The notes under the pieces are model-generated. The model was not told the DNA's origin and ran no database searches. It worked only from the letters and a program-made list of their open reading frames with translations. DNA of 64,000 nucleotides. It comes from an uncultured bacterium (GTDB lineage Bacteria; Chloroflexota; UBA5177; JANWHV01). The translations under genes and the position numbers were made by a program. This document shows positions 50,939 to 61,586 of the stretch, piece by piece (position 1 is the stretch's first letter; the number at the start of each line of letters is the position of its first letter). Where the stretch lies: the NCBI GenBank assembly GCA_963827235.1, contig CAWHAE010000005.1, positions 1 to 64,000 of the forward strand, given 5' to 3'.

Positions 50939-52180
50939 TCAGTTGTCCTTCGCCCCCTGGTCGATCCAGGAAGCAATGGAAGCGATCTGCGCGGATGTCA
51001 GATAGGGCGGGCCGCTGGCAGGCATACGGACCGAGCCGGGCCACGGGCCGTTCGGCTGCGTTATCTGCCACAGGAGGCTGTGCGCGTGATCGCCGGGCAC
51101 TACGACCTTGCCGGGCACGAGATTGCCGCCTTTGATCACGTTGTCATAGCTGCCCAGGTTGAGACCGCCGGACGTTGTCTGGATGTGGCAGACCGCGCAG
51201 CGCGCCTGGAAGATCGTCTCAATATCCGCCTTGAACGACACCTGGCCCGCGCTCGTTCCGGACGTCGATCCGCTGGCCGTCGCACTGCTCGCGGCCGCGG
51301 CTGCTGTCGTCGAGGCCGGGGATGGCGCCGCCCCGCCCGTGGACTTCTTCCCGCCGGACGGGGTGAGCCCGTCGATCCAGGAAGCGAGTGTCGCTTCGTC
51401 GGAGGCCGAGAGGTAGGGGCCGCCATAGGGCATGCGCTGCTCTCCCGGATACGGGCCCTTGGCTTGTGTGATCTGCCACAGAATGCTCTTAGCATGGTTG
51501 CCCGGCACGACCACCGAACCCGGCACCACCGTGCCTCCCGCCTCGAGCGAAGCGAAGCTGTCGAGCTTCAGCCCGCCTGAGTTGGACAGGAGGTGGCAGG
51601 TGGCGCAGCGCGCCTGAAAGATGGATGCGACCGCGGGACTGATCGTGTTTCCCGACGCGCCGCCGCCCGACGAGCCCGAGGCAAGCGAGCTCGTAGTGAC
51701 GAAATTGGGCTTGGGGAAGCCGAGGCCACCCCACATCAGAACCATGACGCCGATCATACCGGCGGTCATGAAGGTGAGCGCCAGTGGCCGGCGCACGATC
51801 TTGCGCGCCCAGTTGCGGTCGTAGAACGGCAGACCAACCAGCAGCAGAACGACGATCGTCGGAATGATGATTGTGCCGACGGGAACCCAGAACCCGGGAA
51901 AGTACTTCAGCAGCTGGAACAGGAACATGAAGTACCACTCGGGTTTCGGATCGATGGCCGCGTGGTTCAGCGGGTCGGCCGGATCCTGCAGCGGAGCCGG
52001 ATTGGTGATGGCAAGGAAGAGCAGCGCTGCGAAGATGCCGGTGATGTAGAAGATCGCCTGGAACGGCACTTTGGGGAAAAACCGATCGCCGTACCTCGCC
52101 TCCTGGCGGGACGGCACGGTGATACGCACCGGCTTCCTGTCCGGAGGCTGCATGCCGCGGGGCGCTGACGGGTTCTCCAT
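50939..52180 (-). CDS. Cytochrome b6 subunit IV-like domain fused to two cytochrome c domains
   Basis: PKPEWYF and three TM segments, then two repeats with CATCH..RMP and CAVCH..RMP ending in WID. Confidence 0.9.
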   Translation of the reverse strand: MENPSAPRGMQPPDRKPVRITVPSRQEARYGDRFFPKVPFQAIFYITGIFAALLFLAITNPAPLQDPADPLNHAAIDPKPEWYFMFLFQLLKYFPGFWVPVGTIIIPTIVVLLLVGLPFYDRNWARKIVRRPLALTFMTAGMIGVMVLMWGGLGFPKPNFVTTSSLASGSSGGGASGNTISPAVASIFQARCATCHLLSNSGGLKLDSFASLEAGGTVVPGSVVVPGNHAKSILWQITQAKGPYPGEQRMPYGGPYLSASDEATLASWIDGLTPSGGKKSTGGAAPSPASTTAAAAASSATASGSTSGTSAGQVSFKADIETIFQARCAVCHIQTTSGGLNLGSYDNVIKGGNLVPGKVVVPGDHAHSLLWQITQPNGPWPGSVRMPASGPPYLTSAQIASIASWIDQGAKDN

Positions 52181-52182
52181 GA

Positions 52183-52944
52183 TCAGTGGCGCCCTCCCCC
52201 GCGCACGACTGCCTCCTCACCTTCCAGCACGAGACCGTCGGCCTCGCTCACGCCCTGGATATTGGTGAGCAGAATGTGCACGCCTATCAGCGTGATAATC
52301 AGTGCCGGCAACACCAGCATGTGTATGGCGAAGAACCGCGTCAGCGTGTCGCCGTTGAGGGTCGGTCCGCCACGCAGGAGCAGGCCGATCGTGGGGCCTA
52401 GGAACGGAGCTGTGGCGCCGATATTCACGCCTACCTGGGTGGCCCAGTACGCTTTCTGGTCCCACGGCAACAGGTAGCCGGTGAAGGCGAATCCCAGCGT
52501 CACCAGCAGCAGGGCCACGCCTGTGAGCCAGGTTAGCTCGCGCGGATACTTGTAGGCACCCACGTAGAAGCCGCGCAGCATGTGCGCGAACACGAGCACC
52601 ACCATGAAGTAATTGCCCCAGTAGTGCATGCTGCGGATGAGCGATCCCATAGGGACCTCATGCATGATTGTGTTGATGCTGGTCCAGGCGATGGTTGGCG
52701 CCGCCTTGCCCGTGTTGGGATCGTAGGAGTATGGCGTGTGCGCCGAGGCATTGTAGAACATCGCCAGCAGGATGCCGGTGACCATCTGGTTGATGAAGAC
52801 GAAGAGGGTCGACTCACCAAGGTAGTCCAGCGGATGCACCCGCTTGGGCACCGGGTGGCTCAGCGCCGCGTCCACCACGCCGGCCACGTGCAGCCGGTCG
52901 TCGACCCACCGCATCGCCGGGTTCATGCGAGCTTGGCGTGCCAT
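52183..52944 (-). CDS. qcrB: Cytochrome b (split b6-type N-terminal part)
   Basis: RSMHYW..AHMLR, KYPRELTWLTG, GYLLPWDQ, RFFAIH..VH. Confidence 0.92.
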   Translation of the reverse strand: MARQARMNPAMRWVDDRLHVAGVVDAALSHPVPKRVHPLDYLGESTLFVFINQMVTGILLAMFYNASAHTPYSYDPNTGKAAPTIAWTSINTIMHEVPMGSLIRSMHYWGNYFMVVLVFAHMLRGFYVGAYKYPRELTWLTGVALLLVTLGFAFTGYLLPWDQKAYWATQVGVNIGATAPFLGPTIGLLLRGGPTLNGDTLTRFFAIHMLVLPALIITLIGVHILLTNIQGVSEADGLVLEGEEAVVRGGGRH

Positions 52945-52951
52945 TCTCGAC

Positions 52952-53476
52952 CTACACCCTCCCCGTTATCGTGATCGAGCCGCCGCCCAGGCTGAAGTGA
53001 TGCTGGTGGAGCGGATCCGCCGCCGGTCCATGATGTACGGACAGATCGCGATTGAACTGGCTGCCGTGGCACGGGCACTCGAAGCGGTTGTCGTTGGGCG
53101 CCCATTGCACCGGGCAGCCGAGATGCGTGCACGTCTGTTCCACCACGCGAATGTTGTCCGCGGCGAGGCTACCGTTGCTGTCGATCTGCTCGACGAACAG
53201 CCCGACCACCACGCTGCCATCGGGAACGGTGGGATGGTTAAAGGGCCCGGCCACGCCGTTCTGGAACGCCAGCAGCCTGCCGGTGTTCGGATCGACGACG
53301 CCGGCGCCCGACAACGAAACCTTTTGGGCCGGCTCGTCCGTGCTCTTGGGGTACAGGTACCTGAGCAGCGTGCCAACGTAGAACAGGCCGATCAGCGTGC
53401 TGATGCCGCCGAAGAAGGCCACCATGAACCGATTGCGGCTGACCGTCACCGAAGGTCGCGCCAACTCCACTGCCAT
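52952..53476 (-). CDS. qcrA: Rieske 2Fe-2S subunit
   Basis: CTHLGC and CPCHGS; N-terminal TM; RBS AGGAGGAG. Confidence 0.93.
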   Translation of the reverse strand: MAVELARPSVTVSRNRFMVAFFGGISTLIGLFYVGTLLRYLYPKSTDEPAQKVSLSGAGVVDPNTGRLLAFQNGVAGPFNHPTVPDGSVVVGLFVEQIDSNGSLAADNIRVVEQTCTHLGCPVQWAPNDNRFECPCHGSQFNRDLSVHHGPAADPLHQHHFSLGGGSITITGRV

Positions 53477-53674
53477 GCACTCCTCCTGAACGCCGTCACA
53501 GTATGGGCGTCGCACCGATGCCCAGTCCCCCATGACGAAAGCGCATGAACAGCCGCCTGCGCCCTCGAAACCGCGCCTTCTTCCGGCTATGGATCGAGGT
53601 CATGCCATGTGTAGGGGAATGGCCCTTCAGTATACCTGTGGGTCAGCGGAGACGGAAATGACGGCCCTGGCCTT

Positions 53675-56041
53675 TCAGCCCGGGACTACCTTGAGCCCCG
53701 CGTGCTCGCCAAGGGCCAGTGGCAAGACTTTGTCCATGTGATCGACAAAGATGATGCGCAGGTCGTGCTGCACGTCGCGAGGCACATCGGGCAGGTCCTT
53801 CTTGTTCTTGGACGGGGCCAGAAAAGTCTTCAGTCCGGCACGATGCGCGGCAAGCACCTTCTCCTTGAGCCCTCCGACCGGCAGCACCTGGCCACGCAGC
53901 GTGATCTCACCCGTCATGGCCAGGTGCCTGTACACCGGCCTGTGGGTGAGAGCCGAGATGAGGGCCGTGGCCATGGTGATGCCCGCGGAAGGCCCATCCT
54001 TGGGCACGGCTCCGGCAGGAATATGGATATGCACGTCATACGACTCGTGGAACTTGTCGTCCAGCCCCAGCTCCTTGGCACGCGAACGCGCGTAGCTCAG
54101 CGCTGCCTGAGCCGACTCGCGCATCACGTCGCCGAGCTGGCCGGTCAGGATCATCGCGCCCTTACCCGGCACGAGCGCCACTTCGACGGCAATCAGATCG
54201 CCGCCGGCGCCGGTCACCGCTACGCCGGTGGCCACGCCGATCTCATCCTGCTCCTCCGCCAGGCCGTAGCTGTAGCGCGGCGGGCCGAGATAGCGCTCGA
54301 TCGCCTGCTGGCCGATCACCGAGATGCCGCGCCGGCCCTCCGCGATGGACCTGGCTACCTTGCGCGCGATAGTGGCGATCTCCCGCTCGAGGTTGCGCAC
54401 CCCGGCCTCATGCGTGTACTCGCGCACGATTCTCCGCAGGGCAGCCGGCGTGAAGCGCACCTTCTCGGGCAAGCCATGGTCGGCCCGCTGGCGAGGCACG
54501 AGGAATTTCTCGGCAATGTGGATCTTCTCTTCTTCGATGTAGCCGGCGAGCTCGATCACTTCGAGCCTGTCGCGCAGGGCTGGCGGCACGTTATCCAACA
54601 TGTTGGCGGTGCACACGAATAGCACCTTGGAGAGGTTGTAGGCGACGTCCAGGTAATGGTCGGAAAAAGCGTGGTTCTGCTCCGGATCGAGCACCTCGAG
54701 CAGCGCCGCCGACGGATCGCCGCGGAAATCCGATCCAAGCTTGTCGATCTCGTCAAGCATGAACACCGGGTTGACCGTGGCGGCCTGACGCATAGTCTGC
54801 ACGATGCGGCCGGGCAAGGCCCCGATGTAGGTACGGCGATGGCCGCGTATCTCGGCCTCGTCGTGCACGCCGCCCAACGAGATACGAACGAACTTGCGTC
54901 CCAGGGCCTGAGCGATAGACTTGCCGAGGCTGGTCTTGCCCACGCCCGGCGGTCCGACGAAACAGAGAATGGGGCTGCGCGTGCTGGAGGAAAGCTGCCG
55001 CACGGCCATGTACTCCAGGATACGCTCCTTTGCCTTCGGCAGTCCGTAGTGCTGTTCGTCCAGCACGCGGGATGCCTCGCGGACGTCGAGTTTGTCCTCG
55101 GTTGCCACGGTCCACGGCAAGTTGATCAGCCAGTCGAGGTACGTATGGATAATGCCGACTTCCGGAGATGCCATGGGCATGGCCGCCAGACGGCGCAGCT
55201 CGACAGTCGCCTTTTCGCGAACCTCATCCGGCAGGGTGAGTGCTTCGAGCCGCTCGCGCAAGTCGCTGAGGTCCTTCGTGAAGGCATCGGTCTCACCGAG
55301 CTCCTTCTGGATCGCCTTGAGCTGCTCGCGCAAGAAGAACTCTCGCTGCGACTTGTCGACCTCCTGCTGCACCTGCGAATGGATGCGGTTCTGCAGATCC
55401 AGGAGCTCCAGCTCGCGGCTCAAATGGATGCTGATCTTCTCCAGTCGCTCGGCCGGATCGAGCGTTTCCAGCAAGTCCTGCCGCTGTGCCATGGAGAGAT
55501 CGAGGCTGCTGGCGATCAGGTCCGCCAGCCGGCCGGGCTCCTCCACGTTCATGGCCGCGATATAGTGCTCTTCGGGGAGCGTCTTGCTCGCCTTGACACA
55601 CTTGTCGAACAGGGCAAGCACCGCGCGCATGAGCGCTTCAGTCGTGATCGGCTTGTCGAGGTTCTCCTCGATCGGCTCGACGCGGGCGATGAGATAGGGG
55701 TTGACCTGGTCGAAACCGAGAACGCGCACCCGGCGAACGCCCTGCACCAGCACGTTCGTATGGCCGTCGGGCAGCTTGAGGATGCGGCCCACGGTGGCCT
55801 CAGTTCCAATCAGGTACAGGTCCTCCGGATTGACGTCTTCCTTGCCGGGATCGCGCTGAGCGATCACCAGCAGCGAGAGGTTCCTGTTGGCCGCTTCCTC
55901 CACGGCGCGAATCGACGGGTCGCGCGTGACATAGAGGCTGATGCCGACCTGCGGATACACGACGGTGTTGATCAGCGGCAGCACCGGGAGCCTGAGCGCA
56001 TCCCGATTTGGAGCCAGGTGTGCCTTACGGGCGCGCGGCAT
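53675..56041 (-). CDS. lon: ATP-dependent protease La
   Basis: Lon N-domain, [29 protein letters not shown]. Confidence 0.97.
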   Translation of the reverse strand: MPRARKAHLAPNRDALRLPVLPLINTVVYPQVGISLYVTRDPSIRAVEEAANRNLSLLVIAQRDPGKEDVNPEDLYLIGTEATVGRILKLPDGHTNVLVQGVRRVRVLGFDQVNPYLIARVEPIEENLDKPITTEALMRAVLALFDKCVKASKTLPEEHYIAAMNVEEPGRLADLIASSLDLSMAQRQDLLETLDPAERLEKISIHLSRELELLDLQNRIHSQVQQEVDKSQREFFLREQLKAIQKELGETDAFTKDLSDLRERLEALTLPDEVREKATVELRRLAAMPMASPEVGIIHTYLDWLINLPWTVATEDKLDVREASRVLDEQHYGLPKAKERILEYMAVRQLSSSTRSPILCFVGPPGVGKTSLGKSIAQALGRKFVRISLGGVHDEAEIRGHRRTYIGALPGRIVQTMRQAATVNPVFMLDEIDKLGSDFRGDPSAALLEVLDPEQNHAFSDHYLDVAYNLSKVLFVCTANMLDNVPPALRDRLEVIELAGYIEEEKIHIAEKFLVPRQRADHGLPEKVRFTPAALRRIVREYTHEAGVRNLEREIATIARKVARSIAEGRRGISVIGQQAIERYLGPPRYSYGLAEEQDEIGVATGVAVTGAGGDLIAVEVALVPGKGAMILTGQLGDVMRESAQAALSYARSRAKELGLDDKFHESYDVHIHIPAGAVPKDGPSAGITMATALISALTHRPVYRHLAMTGEITLRGQVLPVGGLKEKVLAAHRAGLKTFLAPSKNKKDLPDVPRDVQHDLRIIFVDHMDKVLPLALGEHAGLKVVPG

Positions 56042-56342
56042 AACGGTAGCAAGACCTCTCTACAAGCAGATCCTTCGCGGCCTGCCCGCCGCCTGGATCT
56101 TGGTCAGTATCACGGCGCCTCCAGGCGCCAGGAACAAACGCCAGCCGCCTGCCCCACATGCGCGGCGCCACAGTCGCCGCCACTCCAGTCACGGCCGCCG
56201 GACCCACCGCGGCACTTGCTCGACGGTAGCCGGCTGAAGTCGTCGCTTCGAGCGGCCAGAAGTTGGCTTGGTTGCGCTCATTGTAGCCGATGGCCATGTC
56301 TGCCGCCAGGGGAACAGTCTACCCTAGCCCGCCGGGTCCAAA

Positions 56343-56372
56343 TTGACACATTGGCGGGCCGCTGCCTAGAAT
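56343..56372 (+). promoter_or_regulatory. Sigma70-type promoter
   Basis: TTGACA-18 nt-TAGAAT. Confidence 0.75.
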
Positions 56373-56534
56373 GAGTGCAGATCTTGCACATGAGTGCGAC
56401 GACTCACGAGGATGCACATGCGGGGCCATGAATCACCGTTCGACGGGAGAGCTGAGGCCACAAGGTGCCTTCGTGAGCGTATATGCGAGCTTCGGAGACC
56501 CCATCTCATAGTGGGGTTTGCTGTCGTTCTCGAG

Positions 56535-56566
56535 AGGTGCCTGGCCAGCGCGGCCGGCACCTTTTT
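56535..56566 (+). terminator. Intrinsic terminator/attenuator upstream of the HNH gene
   Basis: AGGTGCCTGGCC-AGCGC-GGCCGGCACCT followed by a T run. Confidence 0.75.
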
Positions 56567-56739
56567 CATTCCCACGATGCCCGAGGCCGGCTACTCAGGT
56601 GAGCAAAGCGGCCGCCGCGCCGCGTTCGACGAGGTCGCCACGTTGACAGAGTGACTTGGTTGCAGCAAGGCCGGCCGGTCCGGGGTTGGGCGCGGCCGGA
56701 CACGCTGCTCGGCGGCCGGCAAGAGAGGATTTGTTCAAG

Positions 56740-57237
56740 GTGGGCCACGTACTTGTTCTCAATGCCACCTACCAGCGTCTGAACTTCATCTCCATTCAGC
56801 GAGCTATTGTGCTGCTCCTCAAGGAGAAGGCGGAGCCGATCGAGGTCGACAGATCTGCGCGGCTGCATTCTGAGCGTATGTCCATTGAGTCCCCTATAGT
56901 GATCCGTCTCGTCAACTACGTCCACGTCCCCTACGAGCGATTCACCGTGCCGCTGTCGCGCAGGACGCTGATCAACCGGGACAATCACACCTGCCAGTTC
57001 TGCGGCGACACCACCGGCCCGTTGACCATCGACCACGTCGTGCCCAAGTCTCGCGGCGGCGCGACCACGTGGGAGAACTGCGTCGCGGCGTGCCTGCCCT
57101 GCAACCACAGAAAGGCGAATCGAACGCCCGAGGAAGCGCACATGCGTCTGCGAAGCGTGCCGCGGCGCCCGAGCGATCCATTCGCCATTCTCTTCGACCG
57201 CGCTCGTCACAACGACGTGTGGGAGCGCTACGCCTGA
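56740..57237 (+). CDS. Small HNH endonuclease
   Basis: VLVLNATY, RDNHTCQFCG, TIDHVVP..GG..WEN.V.AC..CN..K. Confidence 0.93.
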   Translation: MGHVLVLNATYQRLNFISIQRAIVLLLKEKAEPIEVDRSARLHSERMSIESPIVIRLVNYVHVPYERFTVPLSRRTLINRDNHTCQFCGDTTGPLTIDHVVPKSRGGATTWENCVAACLPCNHRKANRTPEEAHMRLRSVPRRPSDPFAILFDRARHNDVWERYA

Positions 57238-57399
57238 CTGGTCGCGGCCCGGCGAAGCGAAACGCAGGCTTTGCGCCCGCGTGGTAGATTGAGTTGTGTC
57301 CTCGGCCGTCGGGTCCTCTCTGGCCGTGCCGGGCCAGGTATCGCGGCGCCGTTGCGCGTCGCGTCTGTTCGTCATGGAGCGTGATGGGAGCGTACGAGT

Positions 57400-58266
57400 A
57401 TGATCCCGACCATGGTGTTTGGCCGAACCGGCCACGAGAGCACCCGTACTCTTTTCGGGGCGGCATCTCTGGCAACGCGAAGCCAGGATGAAGCCGACCG
57501 CACGTTAGAGCTGCTGCTGCGTTACGGCGTCAACCACATCGATACGGCTGCCAGCTATGGCGACGCCGAGCTTCGCATCGGCCCCTGGATGAAGGAGCAC
57601 CGCAACACCTTCTTCCTGGCGACCAAGACGGGCCAGCGACTGTACGGGCCGGCCCGCGACGAGATCCATCGATCGCTCGAGCGCTTGCGGGTCGACCACG
57701 TCGACCTGCTGCAGCTCCACAATCTCGTGGACCCAGGCGAATGGGAAGCGGCAATGGGACCGGGGGGTGCACTGGAAGCGGCAGTCGAGGCTCGCGCGCA
57801 GGGACTCGTGCGCTTCATCGGAGTCACCGGCCACGGCGCCACGGTTGCTGCCATGCACAAGCGCAGCCTCGAGCGCTTTGACTTCGATTCCGTCCTGCTG
57901 CCCTACAACCACACGGTGCTGCAAATTCCGCACTACAAAGACGATTTTGAGGCGCTCACGGCGATCTGCCGGGAGCGTCGCGTCGCGGTGCAGACGATCA
58001 AAGGCATTCTTCGCCGCCCGTGGCCGGAAGGAGCGCCGCACGACCGGACGACCTGGTACGAACCGCTCGAGAATCAGGCGGGCATCGACGCGGCGGTAGC
58101 CTTCGTGCTCAAGCGGCCCGACGTCTTCTTGAATACAGTCGGCGACATCGACGTACTGCCCCGCGTGCTCGACGCTGCCGAGCGCTTCCGGCCCGACCAG
58201 GACGTAAGCGACGAGAGGATGGAGAAGCTGGTCGCGGAGCACGACATGCACTCGCTGTTCGTGTAG
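57400..58266 (+). CDS. Aldo/keto reductase
   Basis: [32 protein letters not shown]. Confidence 0.92.
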   Translation: MIPTMVFGRTGHESTRTLFGAASLATRSQDEADRTLELLLRYGVNHIDTAASYGDAELRIGPWMKEHRNTFFLATKTGQRLYGPARDEIHRSLERLRVDHVDLLQLHNLVDPGEWEAAMGPGGALEAAVEARAQGLVRFIGVTGHGATVAAMHKRSLERFDFDSVLLPYNHTVLQIPHYKDDFEALTAICRERRVAVQTIKGILRRPWPEGAPHDRTTWYEPLENQAGIDAAVAFVLKRPDVFLNTVGDIDVLPRVLDAAERFRPDQDVSDERMEKLVAEHDMHSLFV

Positions 58267-58272
58267 CGAGCT

Positions 58273-59151
58273 TCAGGTAAGCAGCACGATTTGCGGCACG
58301 CCCGTCCGCGGATGCTCGAACATCTCCACGCGCGTGCCGAAGGTGCGCTGAATCATAGCGGGAGACAGCACCTCGCGGGGCGTGCCTGCCGCCAGGATCG
58401 TGCCCTCCGCCAGCAACACAAGGCGGTCGAAGTAGAGCGCCGACACGTTTACGTCGTGCATGGCGGCGATTACGCCGAGCCCGCGGACCGAGCTCGACCG
58501 CCGCACCAGCTCCAGCAGCGCCACCTGGTGAGCCAGATCGAGGTGCACGGTCGGCTCGTCCAGAAGGAGAATCTCGGGCTCCTGGGCCATGGCCATGGCC
58601 AGAGCAACGCGCTGCTGCTCACCGCCGCTGAGCTGCTGGAACGGGCGCGCGGCCAGCGCCTGCAGGTCGCACGCCTCCAGTGCTGCCGTCACGGCTCGCT
58701 CGTCGGATGCGCTGGGCAAGCCGAGGAAGTGCGTGTGCGGTGCCCGGCCAAGCTCGACGATCTCCCGCGCGCTGAACGAGAAGGGCACCTCCATCTTCTG
58801 CGGCACGACCGCCAGCCTGCGCGAGAGCGCCCGCCGCTCGTAGTGCCTCACGGGAATGCCGTCCACGGTGACGCTGCCGGCGATCGCCGGCAGCACGCCC
58901 GCCAGCGTGCGCAGCAAGGTCGATTTGCCGCAGCCGTTCCGGCCCAACAACGCCACGGACTCGCCGCGCACCAGGCTCAGGTCGATACCATCCAGCACGG
59001 GCCGCCGCTCGTAGCCGCAAGCCAGTCCCCGAGCCTGTAGCAACGCGCGTTGGGCAATCGGATCCGGCCGAGGTCCCTGCGCCGGCAGCGGTGCGACGAG
59101 CACAGTGCCGCTTCGGACGGCCTTCACCGGCCTGCCTCTCGCGGACGGCAA
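58273..59151 (-). CDS. Cobalamin/siderophore ABC transporter ATP-binding protein (BtuD-like)
   Basis: GRNGCGKS, LSGGEQQR, LLLDEPT. Confidence 0.92.
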   Translation of the reverse strand: MPSARGRPVKAVRSGTVLVAPLPAQGPRPDPIAQRALLQARGLACGYERRPVLDGIDLSLVRGESVALLGRNGCGKSTLLRTLAGVLPAIAGSVTVDGIPVRHYERRALSRRLAVVPQKMEVPFSFSAREIVELGRAPHTHFLGLPSASDERAVTAALEACDLQALAARPFQQLSGGEQQRVALAMAMAQEPEILLLDEPTVHLDLAHQVALLELVRRSSSVRGLGVIAAMHDVNVSALYFDRLVLLAEGTILAAGTPREVLSPAMIQRTFGTRVEMFEHPRTGVPQIVLLT

Positions 59152-59178
59152 CCCTCGACGAGCGATCGAGCGCGCCTG

Positions 59179-60265
59179 CTAGAACACATAGTTGCCTTTC
59201 TTGCGCCGCAGCAGCACCAAGAACCAGGGCGCCCCCAGTAGCGCGGTGATCAGACCCACCGGAAGCACCTGCGGCGCCAGAATGAGGTGCGCCGCCGTGT
59301 TGACCACCACCATCAGCGAGGCGCCCATGAGGGCCGAAGCCGGCAGAAGCAGGCGGTGGTTGGTGCCGAACAGCAGCCGCGTGATGTGAGGCACGAGCAG
59401 GCCGACGAACGCGATCATGCCCCCCAGTGCCACGGCCATGCTCGTGAGCAGCGATCCCAGTACGAGTATCGCCAGACGCCGCTGGGTCACGTTGAGACCC
59501 AGATAGGCGGACTGCTCGTCGCCCAACAGCATCACGTTGAGATCGCCCGACAGCACGAACAGGCCGGCCAGGCCCAGCACGAAGATCGGCATGGCGGTCA
59601 GGAGCTGTGTGCCCGTCGTGAAGTCCAGGCTGCCCAGAAGCCAGACGTACATCTGGCGAAGCTGATTGCTGAGCGTTTCGACCAGGGCCGCAGCGGCGTT
59701 GAGCCCGGCGCTCACGGCGAAGCCGGCCAGCAGCAGCGAGGTGCTCGGCAGCTTACCGCCGACCCGGGCAAGCGAATAGACCAGCAGCATCGTGCTCATT
59801 GCGCCGACAAAGGCGGCCAGCGACACGATGCTATAGCCGAGCCACTCGATCTGAACGGGAAGCGACAAAGCGAGGATGGCGCCCAGGCTCGCGCCGGCAG
59901 AAGTTCCGACTATGCCGGGGTCGGCCAGCGGATTGCGAAACAGCGCCTGAAAGGCAGCGCCCGCCACCGCCAGAGAGCTGCCGACCAGAATCGCCGTAAG
60001 CACCTGCGGGAGCCTGTACGAGTGTGATGATCGTCTGATCGACGTCCGACCACGTCCGCGCCGGATGTACGGGCAGCCACTGCAAGGCCATGCCGATCAC
60101 CGAGCCGGGCGAGATGTACTCCTCGCCCAGCCCGATGGCCACGACGGATACGAGGACGAGCACCAGCGACAGCCCGCCCAGCACGGTGACGGTGCGACTT
60201 GCCCGCCCAGGCCGCGCCGCGGCAGCCGGCTCCGACCGGACCACTGCCCGCGAAACCCCGATCAC
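59179..60265 (-). CDS. BtuC/FecCD-family permease; frameshift ~60010
   Basis: FRNPLADPGIVG..GA, IAFVGLLVPH, LGAPWF. Confidence 0.9.
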
Positions 60266-60284
60266 GGGACCGGCTCCCGAGCGA

Positions 60285-61189
60285 TCACCGGAAGAACTCC
60301 GGATGCAAGATTCGCGCCAGTTGCTCCAGGCCGTCGACAATGCGCGGACCGGGACGGCTGGCCAGGTCGTCGTTGAAGGCGAAAACGTGGTGCGCCTTCA
60401 CCGCCGCCATGGACGACCAGCCGGGTCGTTTGGCCACGGTTGCCGCCGTCACGCCGTACGCCGCGTCTCCGAGGATGATGTACTGCGGATTGGCCACCAG
60501 CAGCTTCTCGGCCGACAGCTGCGGATAGCCGTCGATCGTCCCTGCCACGTTGATGCCGCCGGCCATGGTGATCAGAGTGTTCATGTAGGTGCCTCGGCCT
60601 GCCGTGTAGTAGGTGTTGTCCAGCTCGTAATAGACACTTGGCCGGCTCGTTATCGTGCGCACCTTCGCCTCGACCGCGTCGATGCGATGCTGCAGGGCCG
60701 CGACCTCCCGAACGGCAGCGGGGCCGACCCCGGCTGCGGTGCCGACCATCTCGATATCGTGTAGAATGCCGGGGATGTCGTGTGGATTGGTCTCCAGCAC
60801 CTTCAAGCCCAGGCTACGCAGCTTGGTAATAACCGGCTTGCCCACGATATCGGCGGAGACCAGCAGATCCGGCCTCAGGGCGATGATCTTTTCGATATTC
60901 GGCACCCCGTTGTCGATCACTACCGGCAGATGGCTGGCGGCAGGCGGGATATGTGCTGTAGCTGCTGACGCCGACCACCCGGCTGCCCAGCCCGAGGGAG
61001 AACAGGATCTCCGTCACATTCGGCGCCAGCGAGATGATCCGTCTGGGCCGGCGCGGGAAGCGTCAGAGATGTGTGGTTATCGTCGACGACGGTGATGGCG
61101 GCAGAGGCCGGATGGGCAGACGCGGGAATCGCGGCTGCAGCCACGAGCAGCCAGATCAGCGCGAGGACCATCAGGAATCGCTTGATCAC
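60285..61189 (-). CDS. Cobalamin-binding protein BtuF-like; frameshifts ~61045 and ~60940
   Basis: Signal peptide, TEILFSLG, NIEKIIALRPDL, RPGPR..GLE.LA..LHP. Confidence 0.88.
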
Positions 61190-61389
61190 AGTGCATCTCC
61201 AAGAGCTTGTTAAGCCTTAACAGAGGAGGAATGCCGGCCGGCGCCGAACTACGGGCCGCCGCGGCTAATCGTCGGCGACCCTCGGCGAGGCATGAAGAAC
61301 CCCTTCGCCCGCGCGGGACGAAGGGGCTGGGTGTCACGTTATGAAGCTCATGGCAACCGGCCCCTTTCTACCGAAGGCGCTTGGCGAAA

Positions 61390-61507
61390 CCCAGAGGCCG
61401 GTTTTCTGACTTCCAGCAGAAGCTGCTGGTTACAGTAGCGGGACTGTGCCGGGCTTGCACCGGACTTGCCCGTTTAAGCCGTGGCATTGGACCACGGCAC
61501 CTCTGAG
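61390..61507 (-). ncRNA. Cobalamin riboswitch
   Basis: Minus strand AGGTG..TTAAACGGGCAAGTCCGGTGCAAGCCCGG..CCCGCTACTGT..AAGTCAGAAAACCGGCCT; P1 CAGAGG/CCTCTG; lies upstream of btuF. Confidence 0.92.
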
Positions 61508-61586
61508 AACCCTGTATCAGGCTTGCGAACCGAGTATAGCACGTTCTCCGGCGGCCCGTGTCGCCACGCTGCCACCGCTGCCCGCG

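Noticed and set aside
56740-57237. IscB/Cas9-like RNA-guided nuclease
   Set aside because: Only 165 aa with no PLMP, RuvC or bridge-helix segments.
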